DNA from: Polyangiales bacterium
GTDB lineage: Bacteria > Myxococcota_A > Polyangia > Polyangiales > JADJQN01
DNA length: 64,000 bases
Direction of reading: 5' to 3'
Assembly (NCBI GenBank): GCA_964202905.1
Contig: CAXNJO010000002.1
Coordinates: forward strand, 1 to 64,000
This document shows positions 23,112 to 31,034 of the stretch, one piece after another. The notes under the pieces are model-generated. The model was not told the origin of the DNA. It was given only the letters and a program-made list of their open reading frames with translations, and made no database searches. The stretch's first letter is position 1. Each line of letters begins with the position of its first letter. A program made the position numbers and the translations under genes.

Positions 23112-23767
23112 TCGCGACGAAGTCCGCGCTGGAAGTCGAGGACCGCCCGCGTGACGTCCGGCGCGTCCACGTCGGGTGAGGCGGCGATGCGCTCCGCCGC
23201 CGCGCGATCGCCCGCGCGCGTCAGGCCCACGTACGCGCTCGCGGTCTCGGCCGCACGCCGCAATCCGTCGCCGGCGACGCTGAAGCTCACGCCCGAGACG
23301 CCCATCCGCTGCCCCTCGAGCATCGCGTCCATGTTCGCGCCCAGAAACAGGAACTGCCACGTCGGCTGCGCCGCGATGCGCGCGCGGACCTCGTCGGGCG
23401 TCACGCGGCTGCCCGAATCGATGCCGTCCGACACGACCACGAACACCACGTTCGCGGGGCGCTCCGGCGCGGGCAACCGCCCGATCGACGCCTCGGTGCG
23501 GTCGATCATCTCGGCCAAACAATCGAACAACGCCGTGGATCCGTAGGGGCGATAGTCCGTCATCGACAGCGGTGGGACCGTCGCGAGATCGACTCCGTCG
23601 TGCGTGATGTCGAAACAGGTGTCGAACTGCGCGAGCGTCAGCCGCACCGCCCCCGGCGCGCGCCGCTGCTCGTCGAACAGCAGGTTGACCGCCGCGACGA
23701 CGCGGTCCCGGACCAGGTCCATCGAGTAGCTGCGATCGAGCAAGAGCACGAGATGCGTAGCGTCCAT
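23099..23767 (-). CDS. Stand-alone von Willebrand factor A domain protein
   Basis: MIDAS LLDRSYSM, GSTALFD, VVSDG, WQFLFLGANMDA; AGAGGAG SD. Confidence 0.85.
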   Translation of the reverse strand: MDATHLVLLLDRSYSMDLVRDRVVAAVNLLFDEQRRAPGAVRLTLAQFDTCFDITHDGVDLATVPPLSMTDYRPYGSTALFDCLAEMIDRTEASIGRLPAPERPANVVFVVVSDGIDSGSRVTPDEVRARIAAQPTWQFLFLGANMDAMLEGQRMGVSGVSFSVAGDGLRRAAETASAYVGLTRAGDRAAAERIAASPDVDAPDVTRAVLDFQRGLRRDGSP

Positions 23768-23819
23768 GGCGACAACTCCTCTGTGGTGCGACCCAATGCC
23801 GCCCAAGCGGCGGCGGTTG

Positions 23820-23849
23820 CTTCTACCTCACGAACACGGCCCCTGTCAA
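23820..23849 (-). promoter_or_regulatory. Sigma70-type promoter for the vWA gene
   Basis: Minus strand TTGACA-N18-TAGAAG. Confidence 0.5.
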
Positions 23850-23966
23850 GACGACGGCCGAGCGCGCCGCGCGCGCTGCGGCACGGCGCCCGTGCCCGTC
23901 GAGCGCGGCCACCGCGGATTCGACGCGATGCGCGCGGAGCAACGAGGATTCGGGTGGGGTCAGACC

Positions 23967-24060
23967 GCCTGCCGGCCCCGCCGACAAGCCTGCCGGCCCC
24001 GCCGGTACAGGCTGCCGGCGCCGCCAGATCGACGGCCGGCGCAGTGGGCAAGCCTGCCGG
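23967..24060. repeat. Degenerate 21-bp tandem repeat (gcctgccggccccgccg...)
   Basis: Near-identical units at 23967 and 23988, decaying copies to ~24060. Confidence 0.6.
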
Positions 24061-24259
24061 CGAGGACGGGCAGGTCCGCGGGTGCGACTCCGCGGCACGC
24101 ACCGCACGCGCGCGTCGCTTCCCGACTTCCTGCGCTGCGAGCGTGGGAGTCGCCCCGAGCAGGCTGTTCCCCCGCGCGAAACCCACGCAGCGAAGGCAGC
24201 GACATCTCGCGCCACACCAGCGCGCGCGCCAGCTCGACGGCGCCCACATCGAGCGCGAC

Positions 24260-24472
24260 GCCATGCAGCCCATGATGCGCGACCTACGCCGTGGCCTCCG
24301 CGCGGGAGATTCCCGCACATCGCGCCAGGACCGGCGAGCAGCGCCGCGTGAGCAACGCCTCGGCGACCACGGCCACGTCCGCGCAGTGCGCGGCGAGCGG
24401 ATGCCACGCGACGACCGACCCCGACGCGTCGCGCTGCAATTTCGCCCAGAAGTCGGGAGGGAAACCCAACAT
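24260..24472 (-). pseudogene. cas3: Relic of Cas3 HD-nuclease N-terminus
   Basis: FWAKL...WHPLAAHCADVAVVAEALL is the type I Cas3 HD N-terminal signature; TAG at 24284 followed in frame by VAHHG; no helicase or other cas genes. Confidence 0.65.
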
Positions 24473-24528
24473 CGCGGACGGCCTCCGCGCGGACGGCACG
24501 CGAAGCGGGCGCGGCCGCGTGCGGAAAA

Positions 24529-24572
24529 GACGGCGCGGGCGATGTGGTCTTCGACGCGGGCTTCGCCGTCGC
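24529..24572. repeat. 44-bp direct repeat, copy 1 (copy 2 at 25049..25092)
   Basis: gacggcgcgggcgatgtggtcttcgacgcgggc is identical for 33 bp, 42/44 overall. Confidence 0.9.
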
Positions 24573-24612
24573 GTAACCCCGAGCGCATGGGATCGGCGAG
24601 GGTTCGCGCCTG

Positions 24613-24810
24613 ATGTCGCGCTTTCATTCATCATGGCCGTTCGCCGACGACACCGGGCTCCCAACCTGGGACGAACGCATCCTCTCGTGGATGCCGCCAA
24701 GCATCGATCTCACGCAGATCGAGGAGAGTCTGAAGCGGACGCCGACCGAGCGGCTCGAACGGCTGCAAGCCCTCGTCGACGCGGTCGCGGAGATGCGGGG
24801 TGAGAAGTGA
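24613..24810 (+). CDS. Small antitoxin-like protein of the kind found upstream of nucleotidyltransferases
   Basis: IDLTQIEESLKRTPTERLERLQ; GTGA overlap with the next gene. Confidence 0.55.
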   Translation: MSRFHSSWPFADDTGLPTWDERILSWMPPSIDLTQIEESLKRTPTERLERLQALVDAVAEMRGEK

Positions 24811-24956
24811 GAGCGGCCTTCGTGCGTCTTCTCGGCGCGCTCACCGGCGAAGGGGTGCGCTTCGTCGTGATCGGCGGCGTCGCGCTCGTCGCACGGGGCG
24901 GTGCTCGACTCACCGAAAACCTCGAGATGATTCGCGCGCTGCGCCGCAGCCGCTAA
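24807..24956 (+). pseudogene. Internally deleted nucleotidyltransferase (49 codons)
   Basis: GVRFVVIGGVALVARGGARLTE (GG...T-x-D-x-D motif cut before the Asp residues) joined directly to a C-terminal-like NLEMIRALRRSR*. Confidence 0.65.
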
Positions 24957-25285
24957 TTGACCAGGCGCGGTGAGACGCGGAACCAGACGGTGCGGAGGAA
25001 GCCGCACTGGCGGCAGCGGGTGTGGGCGGCGCGGAGCAGATCACCATCGACGGCGCGGGCGATGTGGTCTTCGACGCGGGCCTCGCCGCCGCAGCGCGGG
25101 CAGGGCATCGACGCGGCGCGGGGCTCGACGAGGGTCGAGGTCTCCACGGGGATCGGGCGATCGGGGGCGCCGCCCTCGCTCAGCTGCGCGAGACGCACGC
25201 GGTCGTCGGCGAGCTTCAGGAGGACGCGCTCGTCGGCGCGGCGCTGCGTGCGGGGGGAAGGCGGCTTGGGCGGACGACGGGACAT
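24953..25285 (-). CDS. Small zinc-ribbon hypothetical protein
   Basis: CPRCGG...CRQCG; GGAGG just upstream of the ATG. Confidence 0.7.
   Translation of the reverse strand: MSRRPPKPPSPRTQRRADERVLLKLADDRVRLAQLSEGGAPDRPIPVETSTLVEPRAASMPCPRCGGEARVEDHIARAVDGDLLRAAHTRCRQCGFLRTVWFRVSPRLVN
25049..25092. repeat. 44-bp direct repeat, copy 2 (inside the zinc-ribbon gene)
   Basis: Matches 24529..24572, 520 bp upstream. Confidence 0.9.
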
Positions 25286-25297
25286 GGCCTCCGGAAA

Positions 25298-25710
25298 CTA
25301 GTCTCCGCGGCGCCGGCGTCGAGGGGTGTCTGCGCCCGGGGTGCCCGCGCCGGGCGTGCGCGTGACGCTGTTGCGGCCGATGGCGAGGCGTTTCGCGGCC
25401 TCGCTGCGGTGTCCGTCGCACGCGGCGACAGTGGCCTCGACGTAGCGGCGGCTCGCTTCGGCCAGCGTGAGGCCGAGCGGCAGCGTGACCGAATCGGGCT
25501 GCGCGGATGCGGTGGGCGATGGCGATTCGGGCGCAGCGAAATCCCCCGAAATCGGGGATGTCGCAGACGGACAGCCGGCTGGCTGTGGCGGAGCGTGAAG
25601 CGGTGCGCTGCGGGGCTGCGGGAGGTGGGCGTCGCGCACTTCGCCATCGGGCGCGAGGACGACGGCGCTCTCGATCCAGCGCTCGAGCCGCGGCTCGCGA
25701 CGTGGCCCGC
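25298..25710 (-). pseudogene. C-terminal remnant of sigma54-dependent activator (AAA+ lid and Fis-type HTH)
   Basis: Corrupted GHV(R)E-LERWIESAVVL, then TLAEASRRYVEATVAACDGHRSEAAKRLAIGRNSV; Walker motifs and GAFTGA absent. Confidence 0.75.
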
Positions 25711-25719
25711 GAGGCCGCG

Positions 25720-25923
25720 CGAGAGCAGCAGCGTGATCTCGTCGACGCCTTCTGCGAGCAGCGCGTCGCCGAGCCGGCGGATGCCCGTGCCCGCGTCGAG
25801 CACGAGGCGCGCGCGCCCGGCGCGGATCTCGACGCAGCTCGTGTTGCCGCCGACGCCGGCCATCTCGGACTCCGGCGTCGCGATGCTCCCCCGAACGCCC
25901 CAGAAACGCAGCTCCATCGACAT
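25720..25923 (-). pseudogene. N-terminal fragment of MBL-fold metallo-hydrolase
   Basis: MELRFWGVRGSIATP...GGNTSCVE...LDAGTGIRRLG...ITLLLS, truncated where HxHxDH should follow. Confidence 0.8.
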
Positions 25924-25972
25924 GATTGGCACCCTCCCGGCCCCGCGAACTGCGGTGCACGAGCGGGTGTTC

Positions 25973-25988
25973 AGCGAGGCGCGTGCCA
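25973..25988 (-). promoter_or_regulatory. Sigma54 (-24/-12) promoter
   Basis: TGGCACGCGCCTCGCT (GG-N10-GC), ~50 nt upstream of the MBL start. Confidence 0.65.
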
Positions 25989-26211
25989 ATCCCACGCATC
26001 GATGGAAACCCATATTTCATCGGCACTTTGCGCGCCACGCGCCCCACGGAGAGTGGGATTTGCACCGCGCTGGTGCAGCGCCTCGTGCGACACGCGCAGC
26101 CCGCACCCAATCGGTGCATCGCGCACGGGCGAGCGCCTGAATACACGTGCTGCGATGTAGGCCATCCAGCGCATACGACGCTGCGTGACGGCGACTCGCG
26201 TACGTCGGGAT

Positions 26212-26832
26212 TCAGCGTTCTGCGGGCGGAATCACGCCGCGTTGTTCGAGGTACGCGAGCACGCGCGCGGCGCTCGCGTCGGCGTCCTCGGTGCCCGTCG
26301 GCAGCGCGAGCTCGGGCGACTCGGGCGACTCGTAGGGCGCGTCGAGGCCGGTGAAGCCCGTGATCGCGCCCGCGCGCGCCTTGGCGTAGAGGCCCTTCGG
26401 ATCGCGGGCCTCGCACTCGGCGACGGTCGCGGCGCAGTGGACCTCGACGAAGTCCGCGTCGCCCAGGAGCGCGCGGGCCTGCGCGCGATCGGCGCGATAG
26501 GGCGAGATGAAGGCCGTGATGGTGACGAGCCCCGCGTCGGTGAAGAGGCGCGCGACCTCGGCGATGCGGCGGATGTTCTCGCTGCGCTCGGCGGGGCCGA
26601 AGCCGAGATCGCGGTTGAGGCCGTGGCGCACGTTGTCGCCGTCGAGCACGTAGGCGAGCACGCCGCGCGCGACGAGGCGGCGCTCGACGCGGCGCGCGAC
26701 GGTGCTCTTGCCGGAGCCGGAGAGCCCCGTGAACCAGAGCGTCACGCCGCGGTGACCGAGCAGCGCCGCGCGCTCGGCGCGGCCGATCTCACCGTGGTGC
26801 CAGGCGATGTTCTGCGCGACGGGCTCGCTCAT
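26212..26832 (-). CDS. cysC: Adenylyl-sulfate kinase
   Basis: [40 protein letters not shown]. Confidence 0.95.
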   Translation of the reverse strand: MSEPVAQNIAWHHGEIGRAERAALLGHRGVTLWFTGLSGSGKSTVARRVERRLVARGVLAYVLDGDNVRHGLNRDLGFGPAERSENIRRIAEVARLFTDAGLVTITAFISPYRADRAQARALLGDADFVEVHCAATVAECEARDPKGLYAKARAGAITGFTGLDAPYESPESPELALPTGTEDADASAARVLAYLEQRGVIPPAER

Positions 26833-26967
26833 CGGCGCGCACCTTATCGCGCGGCACGGCCACGACCAAGGCGCACACCGCAACCTCCTTGCGAGGTTCG
26901 TCTCGCACTCGGCGCGACATCGCGAGGGCCTTGCGTCGCGCGCGGGCGCCGTGCGTACATCGCACGA

Positions 26968-27201
26968 ATGCGCCACCTCCTCGTGCTCGCCTCGATCGCC
27001 GCCACGCTGCTCCTCGCAACCGTCGCACCCGCTGCCGCGGACATCCCGCCCCCCGACTCGGGGACGACGCCGCCCCCGAGCGACACGGACGACGACGATT
27101 GCAGCACCACGCACGCGGGCGCCGGCGTCGGTTCGGGCGGGGCGTTCGTCGCGCTCGCCGCGGTCGCTGCGCTCAGCCTCGCGGCGCGGCGTCGGCGCTG
27201 A
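26968..27201 (+). CDS. 77-aa secreted protein with MYXO-CTERM-type sorting tail
   Basis: Signal peptide ending AAA-D, short Pro/Asp linker, Cys (DDDDCST), hydrophobic helix and RRRR. Confidence 0.75.
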   Translation: MRHLLVLASIAATLLLATVAPAAADIPPPDSGTTPPPSDTDDDDCSTTHAGAGVGSGGAFVALAAVAALSLAARRRR

Positions 27202-27210
27202 CGGGCACCC

Positions 27211-28284
27211 TCAGCCCGACACCCAGCCCGCGTCGTGCGCGGCGGCGAGCTCTTCGGCGATCGCGCGGATCGTGAGCGGCGCCGAGCCCTCGGCCTTGTT
27301 GTTCACGAGCACGAACGTCTCCTGCCCACGCTCGCCCGTCTGCGCGACGAGCCGACACACGTCGGCGCGCAGCGCGGGCTGCGGCACGACGATGGCATCG
27401 AAGGGGTCGAAGGCCTCTTTCAGCTGCGCGTAGCGGGTGTTCTTCGGGAGCAACAGCCGCGCGACGCAGAAGTCGGCGGTGAGCACGCCGGGCACCGCGA
27501 GCTGCTCGCCGAACGTCGGCATGCGCGACCACTGGCTGAGCACGTGCGCGGCGCCGTGCGCGCGCAAGACGTCGAGGTAGCGCGCGGTGAAGAGCGCCGG
27601 ATCGCGCAGCTCGACCGCGTAGCGGAAGGCGCGGGGCGCGGCGGCGAGGAACGACTCGAGCCGCGCGGCGAGCGCGTCGGGCGCGATGCCCCCGGGCGCG
27701 GGCGGGATCTCGAGGACGAAGGGCCCCGTGTGCGCCGCGAACGCCTCGGCGTGCGGCCCCGCGACGAGCTCGGCGAAGCGCCCGGCGTCGAGGAAGTCGG
27801 GGTTCGGGCGGCCCGCGCGCGCCCCGAAACGCGGGTGATTCGGGAAGGTGTGCACCGTGAGGCCGGAGAACACCTTGGAGACCGTCGGGAAATCGGGCGG
27901 CAGCTGCGCGGCGTAGGCGCGGAGCTCGGGCGCGGTGAGCGGCGCGTAGAAGCTGCGGTCGATGCCGACCGTGCGGAAGAGCGGGTGACGCGCGTACTCG
28001 GCGAGCGACTCGCGGAGAAAGGCCGCGTGGCTCGGGTAACGCCGCGCGTAGACGAGCCCCTGCCAGCCCGGGAAGGTCCAGCTCGAAGTGCCGAAGCGCA
28101 CGTGCGCGGGGAGCGTCACCGCGAGCGCGCGGAGCGCGGCGTCGCCGTCGAGCGGCGGGATGGCCGTGGGCCCGGCAGACGACGGATCCGCAGACGACGG
28201 CGCACGGGAGGACGGCGCGCCCGGCGCAGGCGCATCCGCGGCGAAGAGCGGGAGCTGCTCGGGCGCGGCGCGGCGCCGGGTCAT
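27211..28284 (-). CDS. DUF72 (YecE-like) protein
   Basis: RFGTSSW, TVGIDRSFY, YAVELR, VNNKAEGSAP. Confidence 0.88.
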   Translation of the reverse strand: MTRRRAAPEQLPLFAADAPAPGAPSSRAPSSADPSSAGPTAIPPLDGDAALRALAVTLPAHVRFGTSSWTFPGWQGLVYARRYPSHAAFLRESLAEYARHPLFRTVGIDRSFYAPLTAPELRAYAAQLPPDFPTVSKVFSGLTVHTFPNHPRFGARAGRPNPDFLDAGRFAELVAGPHAEAFAAHTGPFVLEIPPAPGGIAPDALAARLESFLAAAPRAFRYAVELRDPALFTARYLDVLRAHGAAHVLSQWSRMPTFGEQLAVPGVLTADFCVARLLLPKNTRYAQLKEAFDPFDAIVVPQPALRADVCRLVAQTGERGQETFVLVNNKAEGSAPLTIRAIAEELAAAHDAGWVSG

Positions 28285-29159
28285 GGGGCCTTGTCGCGCA
28301 GCTCGTGCCACGCGCCGACGGCCGTGTCGTGCTCGGCGAGGGTGCGGCTGAAGGTGTGCCGGCGCCCTCCCCGCGCGACGAAATAGAAGAAATCGTGGGC
28401 CGCGGGCGCGACGGCCGCGGTGATTGCGCCGAGCCCGGGGCTCGAGATGGGCCCGGGAGGGAGACCATCATGGCGGTAGGTGTTGTAGGGATTGGCCGGA
28501 TCGTTCGTCATCGTGCGCGTGATGCGTCGACCGTCGAAGCGCGCGCACGAGGGCGCGGACTCGGGCGCGGCGCGACAGCCGTAGGAGACGGTGGGGTCGG
28601 CCTGCAAGCGGTGCGGCGTGAACTCGGCGCGGCGCAGGCGGTTCCAGAAGACGCCCGCGATGACGGGCTGCTCGTCGGCGACGACGGCCTCCTTCTCGAC
28701 GACGGACGCGAGCACGAGCGCGTCGTGCGCGGAGACGCCGCGCGCCGTGAGCGCGTCCCCGTGCGCGGCGAAGAGGGCGCGCGTGCGGGCCTGGAAGGTC
28801 TCGACCATCCGCCGGACCACGGTCGCGGGGGCGCTCCCGGGGGCGAACGCGTAGGTGTCGGGGAACAGGTAGCCCTCCGCGCTCGGGCCCGGCACGCCGA
28901 GCTCGCCGAGGAGCGCCGCGTCCGTCGTCGCCGCGAGGAACGCCTCGCGGGGGCACACGCCGCGCGCGGCGAGTCGGTCGGCGATCTCGAAGCGACTGAA
29001 ACCTTCTGGGATGGTGACGCGCGCCGCATCCTCGTCGAAGAGCGCGCGGAGGCTGCGCAGGACCGCGCGCCCGGCGCCGGTCCACGCGAGGCCCACGGCG
29101 CCGACGAGCAGCGCCCCCGCGAGCGCGAGGCCCACGACCGCGCGCCGCCGCGTCGTCAG
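28281..29159 (-). CDS. mltG: Endolytic transglycosylase MltG
   Basis: N-terminal TM, TIPEG, EGYLFPDTY, LASVVEKE, LQADPT, NPYNTY, GLPPGPI; start codon uncertain (CTG overlapping the ruvX stop). Confidence 0.92.
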   Translation of the reverse strand: MTTRRRAVVGLALAGALLVGAVGLAWTGAGRAVLRSLRALFDEDAARVTIPEGFSRFEIADRLAARGVCPREAFLAATTDAALLGELGVPGPSAEGYLFPDTYAFAPGSAPATVVRRMVETFQARTRALFAAHGDALTARGVSAHDALVLASVVEKEAVVADEQPVIAGVFWNRLRRAEFTPHRLQADPTVSYGCRAAPESAPSCARFDGRRITRTMTNDPANPYNTYRHDGLPPGPISSPGLGAITAAVAPAAHDFFYFVARGGRRHTFSRTLAEHDTAVGAWHELRDKAP

Positions 29160-29899
29160 GGCGCGTCGCGCGGCGGTCGCACGCGGCCGCCGAGGTGGGC
29201 GGGCGGGGCGCTCGGGGGCACGACCGCTGCGGGCGGTCCGTTCGCTGCGCGCGGGGCCCTCGCTGCGTCCGGCGCGTTCGCTGCGTTCGCTGCGCGCGGG
29301 GCCCTCGCTGCGTCCGCTTCGTTCGCTGCGTCCGGCGCCCTCGACCCGTCCGGCGCGCCCGCCGCGTCCGGCGCGCTCGCCGCGTCCTCGGTCTTTGCGC
29401 TCCACTCGGCCTCCGTTGCGTCGCTCGACGCGCTCCGCCCCGCCGCGACCGCCCCGCGCGCCGCCGCCTCCCGCTTCGCACGGCGCCGCGCCGCGCGTGC
29501 ATCGAGGAAGCTCTGCAAGAGGATGGTCGCCGCGACCTGATCGATCACCGCGCGTTGATCGCGCGCGCGCATCTCGACGGCGCTGAGCACGCGCGAGGCC
29601 TCGGCCGTCGTCAGGCGCTCGTCCCAGAGCACGATGCGGAGGCCCGTCGCGGTGTGCACGCGCGCAGCGAGCAGGCGCGCCTTGCGCGCGGCGCCGCCCT
29701 CGCTGCCGTCGAGGTTGCGCGGCAGGCCGATCACGATCTGCCCGCAGCCGGCGCGCACGGCTTCCTGCGCGATGCGCACGGCCGGGTCGCCCTCGCCCCG
29801 CGCGGCGATCGTGCAAAGGGGACTCGCCCACACGCCCTCGTCGTCGGAGACCGCGAGGCCGACACGCGCATCCCCGGGATCGACTCCGAGCGTCCGCAC
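29156..29899 (-). CDS. ruvX: RuvX/YqgF nuclease with low-complexity C-terminal tail
   Basis: LGVDPGDARVGLAVSD, VIGLP, WDERLTT, IDQVAATILLQ. Confidence 0.92.
   Translation of the reverse strand: MRTLGVDPGDARVGLAVSDDEGVWASPLCTIAARGEGDPAVRIAQEAVRAGCGQIVIGLPRNLDGSEGGAARKARLLAARVHTATGLRIVLWDERLTTAEASRVLSAVEMRARDQRAVIDQVAATILLQSFLDARAARRRAKREAAARGAVAAGRSASSDATEAEWSAKTEDAASAPDAAGAPDGSRAPDAANEADAARAPRAANAANAPDAARAPRAANGPPAAVVPPSAPPAHLGGRVRPPRDAP
29240..29340. repeat. 45-bp tandem repeat built of 9-bp modules in the ruvX tail
   Basis: cgttcgctgcgcgcggggccctcgctgcgtccg twice plus cgttcgctg modules; encodes DAARAPRAAN repeats. Confidence 0.75.
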
Positions 29900-30013
29900 T
29901 ACGCGCTCTTGGTAACAGGCCGCGCGCCGGGTTACCAGCGCCGCGCGCGCCGCGAGGGGCAGCGTGCGAACGGCGCCCCGGGCACTTCGCACGATCCTGT
30001 CTAGAATCGCCGG

Positions 30014-31012
30014 ATGCGCGTCCTCGCAGCCGATGTCGGTGGCACCAAGACCCTCCTCTCGCTCCACGACGTCGACGACGACGGCTTTCACCGGGAGTTG
30101 CGCAGCGCGCGCTTCACGAGCCGCGAGCACGCGGGCTTCGCGGCGCTCGCGCGGATCTTCCTCGCGGACGACCTCGCGTCGGTCACGCACGCGGGGATCG
30201 GCGTCGCCGGTCCGGTCGATGTGGACGCCTCGGGCTGCGAGTCCGTGCGCACGACGAACCTCGCCTGGCACCTCGACGCCCGCGCGCTCGAGGAGGCGCT
30301 CGGGCTCGAGCGGGTGCGCCTCGTCAACGATTTCCACGCGGTCGCGCTCGGCATCCCGCGGCTGCCCGCGGACGACTTCGAGGTCCTGCAGGAAGGCGCC
30401 GTCGATCCCGACGGACCGCTCGCGATCCTCGGCGCGGGGACGGGGCTGGGCGAGGCGGTCGTGCTGCCCGTCGCGGGGCACTGGCGCGTCATCGCGTCGG
30501 AGGGCGGACACTGCGATTTCGCGCCCCGCAACGAGGTCGAGATCGCGCTGCTGCGACACCTGCTCACGCGCCACGCCCGCGTCAGCTACGAGCGGATCGT
30601 CTCCGGGCCGGGTCTCCACAACGTGTACGAGTTCGTCGTCGCCGCGGGGCTCGCGGCGGAGCGTGCCGACACGCGCGCGCAGCTCGAGGCGGGCGATCCC
30701 GCGGCCGTGATCGGCGCGCGGGCGCTCGCCGGGGACGACGACGCGTGCGTGCGCGCGGTCGCGCTCTTTCTCGACGTGTACGGCGCGGAGGCCGGCAACC
30801 TCGCGCTGAAGGTGCTGCCGCGGGGCGGCCTCTACGTCGCGGGCGGCATCGCGCCGCGCCTCTTGCCGAAGCTGCGCGAGGGCGGCTTCCTCGCCGCGTT
30901 CAGCGCGAAGGGTCGCATGTCGCCGCTGCTCGCCGCGACGCGGGTCAGCGTCGTGACGAACCCGCGCGTCGGCCTCGTCGGGGCGCTGCACGCGGCGCTG
31001 AGCCGCGACTGA
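30014..31012 (+). CDS. glk: Glucokinase
   Basis: ADVGGTK, TNLAW, VNDF, GAGTGLG, SEGGHCDFAP, SGPGL, AGGIAP. Confidence 0.95.
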   Translation: MRVLAADVGGTKTLLSLHDVDDDGFHRELRSARFTSREHAGFAALARIFLADDLASVTHAGIGVAGPVDVDASGCESVRTTNLAWHLDARALEEALGLERVRLVNDFHAVALGIPRLPADDFEVLQEGAVDPDGPLAILGAGTGLGEAVVLPVAGHWRVIASEGGHCDFAPRNEVEIALLRHLLTRHARVSYERIVSGPGLHNVYEFVVAAGLAAERADTRAQLEAGDPAAVIGARALAGDDDACVRAVALFLDVYGAEAGNLALKVLPRGGLYVAGGIAPRLLPKLREGGFLAAFSAKGRMSPLLAATRVSVVTNPRVGLVGALHAALSRD

Positions 31013-31034
31013 AGACCGCGCATCCGCCCATGTT

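Noticed and set aside
23967..24060. 21-bp repeats near the cas3 relic as a CRISPR array
   Set aside because: Units are contiguous with no unique spacers
25927..25941. Plus-strand GG-N10-GC as a second sigma54 promoter
   Set aside because: Poor -12 element, no plus-strand gene downstream, and it overlaps the MBL SD on the other strand
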